A stretch of DNA of 61,853 bases, counting the filler, from Coriobacteriales bacterium (GTDB lineage Bacteria; Actinomycetota; Coriobacteriia; Coriobacteriales; UBA8131): NCBI GenBank assembly GCA_031263105.1. It is 5 parts of 5 records of this genome, joined end to end, with 100 filler letters (N's around TTAATTAATTAA, not from the genome) between each part and the next. Parts side by side here need not be neighbours in the genome. Positions count along the whole stretch, not along the records: positions 1 to 13,256 come from JAISGJ010000107.1; 4 more parts are not named here. One strand, 5' to 3'. The position numbers and the translations under genes are program-made. Shown piece after piece: positions 1-10,646 of the stretch (positions within the stretch are counted from its first letter, which is position 1; every line of letters begins with the position of its first letter). The notes beneath the pieces were generated by a model. The model saw only the letters and a program-made list of their open reading frames with translations. It did no database searches and was not told the origin of the DNA.

Positions 1-368
1 GAGAATGTTATTCCGATGTTTGTGGCGAGGCGCTTTGCCTATCAGGCGCTTTGCCACAAGCGCGGAATAAGTGAGAAGTCGGAATAATCGGAGTTATTCC
101 GACAACGGAGTAACTCCGACAACCGTGATTCGATTTGAGGGATATTCCGCAAGGCGAGCTTGACGATGCGGGGATACTGGTCGTCGAGCCTGTCCAGCAG
201 CGCCGCCTTCAGCCTCCGTGTTGTACGCAAAGTCATGGTGTCTCCTGCTCGGCATTTCGCACGCCAACAGAGATAAGTATACCATCGATCCCACCTATGG
301 GCTTTGTGGGACTTCCGAAGCCTCATTGTGCACCATTCTCACCGGAGGCCAGATGCTGGTCGCGTCAG

Positions 369-770
369 TCAGTGGATGACCCGCAGGCCGCCCTGTGTGT
401 AGGCGTCGCTTCCGGCATCGGCGCTCAGCAGCACCAGGTCGCCTTGGATGGCCTCCCAGAACAGCAGGCGGTCGAACGGGTCGCGGTGGTGGGAGGGAAG
501 CCGGTAACTGGATATGAGGGCCTGCGGGTCGAGCGGCCGATAGACGAAGAAGCTGCTCTCCAGTTCGACAAAGAACTCCTCGGGGCTGTGCCCGAGAAGA
601 TCGAGCTTCCCCAGTCCATACTTGATGGCGATCTCCCAGAGGCTGACCGGACTGTAGCGGACGACGGCATCGCCGTCGGAGAGCACCGACCGGATGCCTT
701 GCGACAGCCGCTCCGGCCGATTGAGCGCCCAGAGCAGGATATGGGTGTCAGCGAGATAGCGCAGGCCCAT
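369..770 (-). CDS. vapC: VapC-family PIN-domain toxin
   Basis: N-terminal YLADTHILLW, central SLWEIAIK and C-terminal HHRDPFDRLL...SAD motifs typical of PIN toxins; overlaps the antitoxin gene. Confidence 0.92.
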   Translation of the reverse strand: MGLRYLADTHILLWALNRPERLSQGIRSVLSDGDAVVRYSPVSLWEIAIKYGLGKLDLLGHSPEEFFVELESSFFVYRPLDPQALISSYRLPSHHRDPFDRLLFWEAIQGDLVLLSADAGSDAYTQGGLRVIH

Positions 771-1005
771 GACCCAGAAGCTCCTCGTCGGTCATCTGCC
801 AGTCATCGGCGAACCGTATCTCTCCCCAGCCTCTAAGCGTCCCGAGGCGACGCTCGTTCTTCTTGCGCCACTCGCCGATGGGGACGATGACGGCCACTTC
901 CTCCTTCTTGCCGCCACGGGTGATGAGGACCTCCTCGCCGCCCTCGACGGCCTTGACGATCTCCGAGAAGCGGCTTTTCGCCTCAGCGATTGGATACGAC
1001 GTCAT
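748..1005 (-). CDS. Phd/YefM-family antitoxin
   Basis: 85 aa, IAEAKSRFSEIVKAVEGGEEVLITRGG signature; immediately upstream of the PIN toxin. Confidence 0.9.
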   Translation of the reverse strand: MTSYPIAEAKSRFSEIVKAVEGGEEVLITRGGKKEEVAVIVPIGEWRKKNERRLGTLRGWGEIRFADDWQMTDEELLGHGPALSR

Positions 1006-1051
1006 GCAAGCCTCCCTTCAAGCGGAGCGAGAAATTCTGCCTAATAGGCCT

Positions 1052-2087
<1,036 letters not shown>

Positions 2088-2371
2088 CCGAGGAAGCCTC
2101 TCCTGCGACGGAGTGGGCGGGATGTCCGTATCGCCTCCGGCGCCTCACTCCCTGTTGCCGCACACACCTCTTCGCTACTCGTAATGTGCCCGGCACTGCT
2201 GATATGGAGGTCGCCGTCCTCCAAGTTACATGGTTTGAACAATGTAGTACATTACCCTTTTGCTTTCAGCCCTTGTCGCAGCATACTGCGACGCGACTTG
2301 CCGCAATCGCCGACAACAGGGAGTCGAAGCTCTGCGTGCCCTCGCCCTCGCATATCTTCGGCGAGCTCCGC

Positions 2372-3364
2372 TCAGGGCACGTGCCTGCCAGCCTCAAGCT
2401 GATCGTAGATGAACGACGAGAGATCGACGATCTGCTGTTGGGCGGCCTCGGTGTCCGGGAGATCGTTGCCCATGATGCAGACGAGGTAATCTCCCCAGGG
2501 AGCGAAGACAAGCGCCGTGTCGTTTTCGGTATCTGGAAGCTCACCGGTCTTGTTGGCACTCTGAACCCCGGATGGAAGGCCGCTCGGAATCTTCCAGATA
2601 CGCGTCTGCGCCCGCAACAGGTCAAGCATGTCCTCATCCGCATCCGGAGAGATGCATTCCCCATGATATATGCGGTCAAGAAGCAGGCCACAATCATCGA
2701 CGGAGGTATAGTTCTGCTCGGGTATGGGCACAGGGCGATAGTCCTTCATATCGCGTTGCTGCTCCGTATCGGGATAACCGTGGGAAAGGACGTACTCGTT
2801 GACCTTCTCCATGCCAAGTCCAAAGTCGCCATCGCCTAGAATCGCAACAAGCTCGTTGGAGGACTCATTGTCGCTGACGGTAATCATCTGCTCCAGCAGA
2901 GCGCGTATCTGCGCACTGTCCGCAAGCATGCCCGCATCAATCCGATCGAGAACAGCTGCCATGATGAAGAGCTTTATAAGGCTCGCAGAGACCATCTTGC
3001 CGTTGTTGATGGAGAGGTCCTCGTCGATTGAGATATCCTTGACGTAAACAGCCCACGTCCCCTCCTGCATGGCAAGCCGCTCCTCCAGCAGAGCCTTTAG
3101 CTCGATCAGCTTAGGTTCAGAGGCCGGAGCAGACGGCTGCGCTTCCTCCGTAATCGCTTCCTTGGTCTTCTCGATGCCCTCCAGCACAAAGGCACCAAGA
3201 GGCACCGCAGGAGGGCCTTCGGCCATCTGGGCATTTGTCGCGGCGCATGCCTCCGTAATAATCAGGACAAAGACGAGCGCCACCGAAGCCATGCCACGCA
3301 CAGACAAGAACGGATCATTCGTCCTGCCGCGCCGGAACGTTACACGCCTATGCTCGTCCGTCAT
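2372..3364 (-). CDS. Membrane-anchored serine hydrolase, class A beta-lactamase/PBP fold
   Basis: N-terminal hydrophobic segment; SxxK (SASLIK), SDN and KTG motifs all present. Confidence 0.88.
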   Translation of the reverse strand: MTDEHRRVTFRRGRTNDPFLSVRGMASVALVFVLIITEACAATNAQMAEGPPAVPLGAFVLEGIEKTKEAITEEAQPSAPASEPKLIELKALLEERLAMQEGTWAVYVKDISIDEDLSINNGKMVSASLIKLFIMAAVLDRIDAGMLADSAQIRALLEQMITVSDNESSNELVAILGDGDFGLGMEKVNEYVLSHGYPDTEQQRDMKDYRPVPIPEQNYTSVDDCGLLLDRIYHGECISPDADEDMLDLLRAQTRIWKIPSGLPSGVQSANKTGELPDTENDTALVFAPWGDYLVCIMGNDLPDTEAAQQQIVDLSSFIYDQLEAGRHVP

Positions 3365-3370
3365 ATTCGC

Positions 3371-4810
3371 CTATCGTCCCAAGCTCGCATAGACATAGTC
3401 ACCCAGCGTTTTCGCAACATCGGCGCTGCGCTCCCACTCGCCCTGGGTGCCCAAAAAGGCAACGATGTAGAGTCCTTGGGTGGAACCGCCTGTCGGCCTG
3501 GCGACAATGGCGACCTCGTTATACTTGTCCGTAGTGAATCCGTTGAGGTTCATGAACATATCCGAGCTGGATACCGCCGCACCCAAACCTCTGCGAGCGA
3601 GGGAGTCGTCGAGGAAGAAGTGACTCTCAAGAAACCGCCTGTCCGATTCGTCCGCGTAGACCTCGTTGAGCATGGCGGCCAGATCGAATGCGCTCAGATA
3701 GTTGTCCCGTGTCGTTTCGCCCAATACGATGGGTCGCTCAAGCTGTACGCTCGTGTAGCCGCTCTCATTGCAGACCCGGTTTATCTTATCCAGCCCCAAG
3801 TAATCGATGAGCGTGTTGGTCGCGTTGTTGTCGCTGTAACGGAACATCGTGTCAAGCAGACTGCTGATGTTCATCTGCTCTCCGTCCTGGGCCGCAGTCA
3901 GAACACCGCGACCGCTCACAGAGTGACGGAACGTTATGGTGTCGGAGAACGAGAGGTTGCCAGCCAGACGTTCCTTGTGGAGCGTGTAGTATATGGGGAT
4001 GTCTATCAGGGCTGACGCTTGGTATTGGTTCTGCGCGTTTGCCGACAGGTAGGTCTGTCCATCCGTGAGGTCGAACACCGCGACACCGAGATTTCCGGGA
4101 GCCCCGCTGTTGCTGATAATCGCATCAAGCTCGCCCGGGTCCAGCCGCACCTTGGGCGTTTCCTCAACCGCGACCTCAGGGGCTTCCTTCTCCTCATCCT
4201 CACGAGTGTTTGAACTCTCCTCGTTTTGAGATGCCTCCTGCTCCACAACCTGCCCATTGGTCGAAGGTTGCGCCTGCTGCTGGCTGCCGACAAGGATGCC
4301 GACCGCGACACCTCCGGCAATCAGGAGTACGGCAACCACGCAGATCACAGGAATGAGGAACTTGTTGCGCGGAGGCTTGGCCGCAGGGGCGGAAGCACTT
4401 GCAGGCTCATAGGTCGGCGAGGTGAAGGCGGCGGGAGGCATATACGTCGGAGCTTGAGGCAGAGACGGGCTGGCAGCAGTGGTTCGTGCCTGCTGGGCCG
4501 CAGGAGCGACGGACACGTCTGCCGCCGCTACCGCAAAAGGCTCATCTGTAGGCGTCGTGACCGGCTCGATCGCTGCCACCGCAGCAGACTCAGGTTCGGT
4601 CGTTACCACAGCCGCAGCAGGCTCAGGCTCAGTCGTCGGTGTCGCAGCGAACCTGATCGCTGCCACGGCCGCAGCCAGACCATCCGTCGCCGCCAAGGCC
4701 GACTCGGTCGTTGCCGCCCCGTCTGCATTGTCTGCATTCACTGACTTCTGACAATGGGGGCAGACTCGATGGCTTTCTTCGATGGTATGACCGCAATTCC
4801 TGCAGAACAT
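3371..4810 (-). CDS. Zinc ribbon + low-complexity linker + TM + degenerate beta-lactamase-fold domain
   Basis: CRNC...CPHC N-terminus, Ala/Pro/Thr linker, one TM helix; C-terminal domain keeps SDN but has ASALID and NLNG in place of SxxK and KTG. Confidence 0.82.
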   Translation of the reverse strand: MFCRNCGHTIEESHRVCPHCQKSVNADNADGAATTESALAATDGLAAAVAAIRFAATPTTEPEPAAAVVTTEPESAAVAAIEPVTTPTDEPFAVAAADVSVAPAAQQARTTAASPSLPQAPTYMPPAAFTSPTYEPASASAPAAKPPRNKFLIPVICVVAVLLIAGGVAVGILVGSQQQAQPSTNGQVVEQEASQNEESSNTREDEEKEAPEVAVEETPKVRLDPGELDAIISNSGAPGNLGVAVFDLTDGQTYLSANAQNQYQASALIDIPIYYTLHKERLAGNLSFSDTITFRHSVSGRGVLTAAQDGEQMNISSLLDTMFRYSDNNATNTLIDYLGLDKINRVCNESGYTSVQLERPIVLGETTRDNYLSAFDLAAMLNEVYADESDRRFLESHFFLDDSLARRGLGAAVSSSDMFMNLNGFTTDKYNEVAIVARPTGGSTQGLYIVAFLGTQGEWERSADVAKTLGDYVYASLGR

Positions 4811-4888
4811 GGGATTCCTTTCGTCGCTCCAAACATCGATTCCCTACGAACGAGAGCAGCGTCTACCGCTCAATAACCAGAAAACCGT

Positions 4889-5575
4889 CTACTTGTTGCT
4901 CAGCATCAGGCTGCGATTGCGATTCCCGATAAGAGTGCGCAACTCCCCTATCCGCTCGGCAACTGTCTCAGAAGGCTGCGTTGTAGCGTTGTCGCGCAAC
5001 CATTGGATAGAGAGCTGGATGTTCTTCTCGATCTCATAGACGGCATCACTCGACCTCGCGGGCGAGGTGCGCAGATCGTCGTAGGCAGCTTCCATCTGTT
5101 TGCGCAGAACCTGATCCTGCAGGCGCGAAAGAAGCGATTGCAGCACGACCGCGTTGCCCTGAAGGAAGTCGACCTGAGCCCGGTGTTGCCGGACAGTCTC
5201 ATCGGTCTTGGAGTTCGCCAGCAGATTGACAGCCGCAAAGAGCACAAACAGGCCGAGAAGGACGAGCTGGATAAGAAATGTCGCCGTCCAGTCCTCCGCC
5301 CTGAGCAGAATGCAGATAACGCCGACGACGAACTCGGCAAAGAAGTACACCGTCGCCCCCACCGAGACGGGCAGGCCGATGACACGACGCTGCTCCGCAT
5401 CGCCTTTTGCAAGGGAAGGCGATGCGACAGCGAGCGCATACGAAAGGTGAACGAAGGCATAGGAGAGCCAGACCGAAACAGGATGCTGGGCTCCACCAAT
5501 CAGGAAGAAACACGCGTTGAACAGGACGACGAACACCGAGTAGACGACGATCCAGAGCACGGCTCTCTTTGCCAT
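4889..5575 (-). CDS. Hypothetical membrane protein (about 4 TM helices plus a helical C-terminus)
   Basis: Four hydrophobic segments in the first 120 aa; RBS and operon position. Confidence 0.8.
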   Translation of the reverse strand: MAKRAVLWIVVYSVFVVLFNACFFLIGGAQHPVSVWLSYAFVHLSYALAVASPSLAKGDAEQRRVIGLPVSVGATVYFFAEFVVGVICILLRAEDWTATFLIQLVLLGLFVLFAAVNLLANSKTDETVRQHRAQVDFLQGNAVVLQSLLSRLQDQVLRKQMEAAYDDLRTSPARSSDAVYEIEKNIQLSIQWLRDNATTQPSETVAERIGELRTLIGNRNRSLMLSNK

Positions 5576-5587
5576 ATCCCGTTCTCC

Positions 5588-6781
5588 TTACAGGTTTTCG
5601 ATGAGTTTCTGCTTGGCAGCAGCAAACTCCTCGTCGGTCACAACACCTGCGTCCAACAGCTGCTTGAGCTTGAGTATCTCGTCCGCCACACCAGGGCCGG
5701 CACTGGGCTGGGGAGCCTGTCCCAACATCGACTGACTGTTTTGCGGATTCGGCTGGGCAGATGCTTCCATACCTCTCGCCGGAACCGGAGCCTCCTGGCG
5801 CTGCACGAAACGCGATGAGGGCATCACAGGCTCCTGTTGCTGCACAGGCTGTGGATTCATGGGAGCGAACATCTGTTGCGCCATGCCGCCGAAGACGCCT
5901 CCGGCCGCCGCGCCCATGCCGATTCCGGCACCCATGGCCGCCATGCCGCCGGCACCGGGGTTGTTTGCCAGATCCTTGAGTATGTCCGCAGACTGCTGAC
6001 GTCCCCAGTCGTCGCCGAGGATGCCCATGACACCCTTGCTGGCAAAGGCGTCCTCAAGCCGCTGACGGTTGGGGTCATCCTCCGGGATATCGATTCCCGA
6101 TATCGCAAACACCACGAGCCTGATTCCGTAGTCGTCGAGAATCTCCTGAAGAATCGGCTGGATGCGATACGCAAGCTCATCCTGCTGTGCCACAATCCCA
6201 AGGATTTCCTGACCGGAGTCCATGATTGCCTTGGCAAGGCTCGATTTCACGTGTTGCTGGAACTCGTTGTCGAAGTAACGGTTGAGTTCGTCCTGCAACG
6301 CAAACGAGATGTTGTTGCCCAACAGCTTCGTCAAAAACTTCGCGCCGTTATCGATCTGCACCTTGTACGAACCACGGGCCCGCACGCTGGTCATGATATG
6401 CATGACCGGGTCGCGCACCTGAATGGGCGAACTGGTGCCCCAGAGTATCTCCATGCTGTGTGCCTTGCGGACGAAGTAAACCACAGCGCTGAAGGTGCTG
6501 ACACCGCCCGTGAAAGCATTGCGCAGACGGCTTATAAAGGGGTAGTTTTCCGTCGAGAGTTGATATGTGCCTTCCTTGAAGGCCTGTTCGATGTTTCCGC
6601 CTTTGATAAAAAGAGTCTCCTCGCCGGGCATGACGACAAGCGTCGAATTGGTATTGAAGTCTTCCTCGGGCTGTCGCCAGATCAGCAGTTCCCCAGGTCC
6701 TGAGTTCTTGATGACGTCAGCCCAGTGCTTCTTTCCTCCCACATACGCCGCTTCATTCGGATTCTTGTCGAATAATCCCAT
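5588..6781 (-). CDS. SPFH/band-7 (YdjI-like) protein with C-terminal SHOCT domain
   Basis: EDFNTNSTLVVMPGE, GTYQLSTENYP and WGTSSPI motifs, Gly/Met-rich AGIGMG tract, terminal LKLKQLLDAGVVTDEEFAAAKQKL (SHOCT). Confidence 0.85.
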   Translation of the reverse strand: MGLFDKNPNEAAYVGGKKHWADVIKNSGPGELLIWRQPEEDFNTNSTLVVMPGEETLFIKGGNIEQAFKEGTYQLSTENYPFISRLRNAFTGGVSTFSAVVYFVRKAHSMEILWGTSSPIQVRDPVMHIMTSVRARGSYKVQIDNGAKFLTKLLGNNISFALQDELNRYFDNEFQQHVKSSLAKAIMDSGQEILGIVAQQDELAYRIQPILQEILDDYGIRLVVFAISGIDIPEDDPNRQRLEDAFASKGVMGILGDDWGRQQSADILKDLANNPGAGGMAAMGAGIGMGAAAGGVFGGMAQQMFAPMNPQPVQQQEPVMPSSRFVQRQEAPVPARGMEASAQPNPQNSQSMLGQAPQPSAGPGVADEILKLKQLLDAGVVTDEEFAAAKQKLIENL

Positions 6782-6813
6782 CGAATTGACCTCCTGGCCT
6801 CTATTCCTGCCCG

Positions 6814-7962
6814 TTATTTTGGCCTGACCTCATGTGTAACGCTGACAGGGATATCGTGTCCCAGCTCTTGCGCTGCCAATATGCGATGCCTGCCGTCCTG
6901 CCCAAATAAATAGCTTTCTCCGGAACGCGTGACCTTCACCATATTCTCCGGGTCAAAGTACTGATTCGCCGTTGCCTGCAGCTCCGGATCGGCCTTTATG
7001 TCGTCCAGCGACTGACCGCTGTCGAGCTTTTCCTTTACATCGGGAATCCTCGAGGCAAGATCGAGGTAATCGTCCTTATTATTGTCATGATGGTTCCAGA
7101 AATCCTCGTCGGGGAGATCGTCCTGGTAGCGCATGCCATATATGTCATTCGGATTGACGGTCGTCTGCTCTGGTGTCTCGAGCTTATCATGCTCGTAGTT
7201 CTCAAGATTATTCATATACTCGTCATAGGGGTCGGCGGATTCATCCCGATGGCTTTCCGTGATGTCGTCACCTGATGAGTCAGTTGTTTGCTCAGGTTCG
7301 ATTGCATCGTGGCCCTCTTCCTCAGCGTAGGGCGTGTCGGTTTGCTCGGTGAACCTGTCGTCGAGCTCTGCAGCATCCTGTTCTGCTTCCTGTTGGATCG
7401 CCGCATACTCGTCCTGAATATCCTGTGGGGTTATGCCAGTATCTTCCACATCGGCTGTGTCCTCTGGCTGCGTATCCTCCACCCTTACGTTTTCCCCCTC
7501 TGCGGAAGCCTCGTCATGCGACACGTCGTAGGACTCGTCGGACTCCATCTCGACCGGCTCGTCGGAAGCTTCGGGCACCTCCTCCGCTTCCGGAGTCTCA
7601 AGCGTCTCAGACGCTTCCTCCGACACGGGAGCCACGTCCTCAGGGATGTCCTGCGACTCGTCTGGGACGCCCTCTTCCGAAACCTCGGGATCCTCCGCCC
7701 CTCCTTCGGGAATGTCCTCGGGGATATCGGTCAAACCTTCGGGTACGGAATCAGCGGAATCCTCGGCATCTACGGGCACCTCATCGACCCCCGTATCCTC
7801 CGGAATGTCGGTCGTGGCATCGTCACCGGCAGCAATCCCCACGTCATCCCCGCCTGCGTCATCACCGAAGTCACTGTCGACATCGCCGCCGACATCCGCA
7901 CTGATATCCGCGCCGACATCGCCGCCGGTGTCCATACTTATGTCGCCGCCGCTTTCATCCAT
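6814..7962 (-). CDS. Highly acidic low-complexity protein with C-terminal ParB/Srx-like domain
   Basis: About 250 aa Asp/Glu-rich N-terminus with recurring DIPED; C-terminus VKV...YLFGQDGRHRILAAQELG..IPV matches the ParB/sulfiredoxin GxxR motif. Confidence 0.75.
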   Translation of the reverse strand: MDESGGDISMDTGGDVGADISADVGGDVDSDFGDDAGGDDVGIAAGDDATTDIPEDTGVDEVPVDAEDSADSVPEGLTDIPEDIPEGGAEDPEVSEEGVPDESQDIPEDVAPVSEEASETLETPEAEEVPEASDEPVEMESDESYDVSHDEASAEGENVRVEDTQPEDTADVEDTGITPQDIQDEYAAIQQEAEQDAAELDDRFTEQTDTPYAEEEGHDAIEPEQTTDSSGDDITESHRDESADPYDEYMNNLENYEHDKLETPEQTTVNPNDIYGMRYQDDLPDEDFWNHHDNNKDDYLDLASRIPDVKEKLDSGQSLDDIKADPELQATANQYFDPENMVKVTRSGESYLFGQDGRHRILAAQELGHDIPVSVTHEVRPK

Positions 7963-7967
7963 GTCCG

Positions 7968-10646
7968 CTACTCCTTTGCCAATGAGTTGTTCACTGTCGC
8001 TTCAGGGAGCCTTAGTTTGGTTCCGTACCGGACTTTACGGAAAAGGTGCACTTTGACGCATGAGAGGAGCGGCCGCCCAAAGGCCTCGTCGTTGAGTTCC
8101 GCTTTCACGAGCGCCGAGATCCTGCCCAACACCCGAACCAAGGGGTCCAACTGGTCGGTCTCCAGCTTGAAGTTCTTCGTGAAGATCCTCCGGGCCACCT
8201 CACTCGCGAGCTCGCGCCGCGCCAGACTGCAACCTTCTGTGCAATAAGGGGTTCTCCTGCACTGGGGATACGGCCGCAGATCCCTCTCTTTGCCTGTCCA
8301 GTATGTCGACTGCCTGCGAATGTCCTCGTCGGAGAGAGTGATGTCAATGGCGTTTTCAAGGCGATAGTCGGGCGTGAGCACCTCCTCGGGCTCCTCCAGC
8401 TTGCCAAAGAACAGGAAGGCCTCGCCGGGACGCAACTTGGCCAGACGCCGAGTCTGCGCCTCATCCATATTCGTACTGGCAGCAATGATCTGTTTGTCCT
8501 CTGCTTCCACCAGCCGGAAGGCCAACTTGATGTCTGTCAGCGCCACGATGTCAGTGGTGACCTTACGGGGCGACTGATCCGCGATTATCAGGCTCACACC
8601 GTAGGAGCGCAACTCCGCCAACATGCGTCGCACGAGTGCTTTGGCGACCGCACTCGGATCGGCCGCACTCTGCCCTGCGCTGGATTCAGATGCGAGCAGC
8701 ACATGCGCTTCCTCGAGCAGTATGACATTGCGCAAGTCTCCCGTACCCATATAATTGCTATTTATATAAGCTAATATTGAGAGCAGGAGCAGTGCTATGA
8801 TGAGCGCCTTCTGCTCTGAATTCTCGATGGCGGTGAGTTCGATGAGCGTCGGTTTGCTGAGCAAATCCTCAATCGGCAGGGAAAAGTAATTATCGAAGAG
8901 ATTGACGAGGCTGGCAAGCCTCACGACGCCGGCCCGCCCGATGTTCCTTGCATCACCCGTGTAGCCAATTGACTCGAAGGTCTCCTCGAAACACTTGACG
9001 AAGTCAGAGATGTTAAAGACCTCCCCCGCATCGTCGCTCGTATAGCTGTTCAGCCAGCGAAAGTTCGAGTAGCATCTGCTGATGCTCTCTTCGAATATCT
9101 TGTCCAGCGGTGTGGTCATGGCGACCCCGGCCTCGAATGCCGTCTTGAGTGTGGACTTGTATGCCTCAAGTCGCACGTTTTTCGGCGGCAGAAAAGGATT
9201 GAACACCAGAGGCGAGATAAAGCTCTTGCCCGGCGTGAACACCTGAAGCTCAGGAATGCTCTGAATCAATGCCCGATACTCGTTCTTGGCCGGCTCGATG
9301 ACAAGGAAAGGTATACCGTACCGCTTCCAAAGCCGATCGAGCAGCCCCACAGAAAACGTCGTCTTGCCCGAACCGGGAGTTCCAGTAATAAGCATGTGCT
9401 TTGTGAGGTCGTGCCTCGAAAAACCTATAGTGTGCTCGACTGCGGAGGACTTGAGTACGCCGACCTCGAGCTCGCTCGCATCAATCAGGTCGTCACGGAA
9501 GGTCTTGCTCGACTTGCTCGATTCGTTCACATTGAGCCCGGCTGAAAGGCGGTCGCTGCCCAAGGGCAGTCGGAAGAACTCGGACGCCTCCCGTGCTGTC
9601 ACGATGGTCGGGAGGCGATAGAACGGCGAGAATCCCTGCTGCGCGTCACGCGGGTTGATGTTGCGCTCGAGGTTGAGCACGACCTCATCCATCGCCCAAG
9701 GCAGAGGAAAGAGGTTCCGCTTGAGTTGAATTTCCCCAGAGGTCAGAGGAACAAGCCCCATCTCATTGGTGACATCGAGTTGCCCTATCATGCGTGTGGC
9801 AATCGTGTGCGCAGCATCGCGCGAGCCATAGACGACGATGTTGAAGGAATAGAGGGCGGCATTCCTGTTGTCCACGTAGTATTGATAGGTCTTGGCAAGA
9901 CGCGCGGCCATGGTGAAGCTCACGCTCCCTATCGTAGTGTCTGCGACCCCTCTGCCCAGAATGTTGAGGTTCTGGGAGGTAGCCTCGATTGCATCCAGTT
10001 CGGCAGCGGTGAACTGGGCGGGGATGAGTTGCAGCGAAAGGGCCGTGTTCGGTCGCTCTATGAGTGTATTGACGATGCGCGCCAAGTCGTTGGCAGTCAC
10101 CGGCAGATCGCTATAGGCAAAACAATAGGGAATGGCCTGATTCTGCAGGTTCTCGATCCGCTCGGTTTTCTTGAGCACGTAGGCTGCGGAATCGTCCAGC
10201 TTTCCCACAGCCTGCATGAGGTCGTCAAGGGGACAGAGGCGATACCCGTAGCGCTCCAACGAGAGCGTGAACGTACAGATATCCAACAGATTGCCCAAGG
10301 CCTGCGTGGCTCTTGTCTCATCGACATCGACGCAGCGCACGATGACGAACAGCCTGATGCGCGCCTGAAAGGGCTGGTTCTCCACGGGTTCAGCGCACCA
10401 TAGCAACTCAAGCGCCACCTCGCGCAACAAGCCGTCGAGGCGATAGGAGATACGGCACTGCTGATGTATCTCCGCAAGGAACCGCGCCATGTCTGCCTTG
10501 TATTCAAGAAGCCAGTCGGTGCCGACCCTACCGCAGTTTCCCAGAATCGAAACATGCGGGACAGACATGACCTCAACGGCCGCGAGCCAAACCGACTCAT
10601 TGCCCTGCAGCAGGGCAGTCGAGACGTAAGGGCGCTCCAGCTTCAT
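7968..10646 (-). CDS. HerA/FtsK/VirB4-like ATPase (DUF87-type)
   Basis: KHMLITGTPGSGKT Walker A, VIEPAKNEY, ILLEEAH Walker B, ELRSYGVSLIIADQSP, LRPGEA; long N-terminal extension. Confidence 0.88.
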   Translation of the reverse strand: MKLERPYVSTALLQGNESVWLAAVEVMSVPHVSILGNCGRVGTDWLLEYKADMARFLAEIHQQCRISYRLDGLLREVALELLWCAEPVENQPFQARIRLFVIVRCVDVDETRATQALGNLLDICTFTLSLERYGYRLCPLDDLMQAVGKLDDSAAYVLKKTERIENLQNQAIPYCFAYSDLPVTANDLARIVNTLIERPNTALSLQLIPAQFTAAELDAIEATSQNLNILGRGVADTTIGSVSFTMAARLAKTYQYYVDNRNAALYSFNIVVYGSRDAAHTIATRMIGQLDVTNEMGLVPLTSGEIQLKRNLFPLPWAMDEVVLNLERNINPRDAQQGFSPFYRLPTIVTAREASEFFRLPLGSDRLSAGLNVNESSKSSKTFRDDLIDASELEVGVLKSSAVEHTIGFSRHDLTKHMLITGTPGSGKTTFSVGLLDRLWKRYGIPFLVIEPAKNEYRALIQSIPELQVFTPGKSFISPLVFNPFLPPKNVRLEAYKSTLKTAFEAGVAMTTPLDKIFEESISRCYSNFRWLNSYTSDDAGEVFNISDFVKCFEETFESIGYTGDARNIGRAGVVRLASLVNLFDNYFSLPIEDLLSKPTLIELTAIENSEQKALIIALLLLSILAYINSNYMGTGDLRNVILLEEAHVLLASESSAGQSAADPSAVAKALVRRMLAELRSYGVSLIIADQSPRKVTTDIVALTDIKLAFRLVEAEDKQIIAASTNMDEAQTRRLAKLRPGEAFLFFGKLEEPEEVLTPDYRLENAIDITLSDEDIRRQSTYWTGKERDLRPYPQCRRTPYCTEGCSLARRELASEVARRIFTKNFKLETDQLDPLVRVLGRISALVKAELNDEAFGRPLLSCVKVHLFRKVRYGTKLRLPEATVNNSLAKE

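Noticed and set aside
42..326. 94-aa minus-strand ORF
   Set aside because: No recognisable family, and its 3' part runs through palindromic repeats; at most a gene fragment.
2372..3364. Calling the serine hydrolase an antibiotic-resistance beta-lactamase
   Set aside because: The motifs establish the fold only; many such membrane-anchored proteins are peptidoglycan peptidases and activity cannot be read from sequence.
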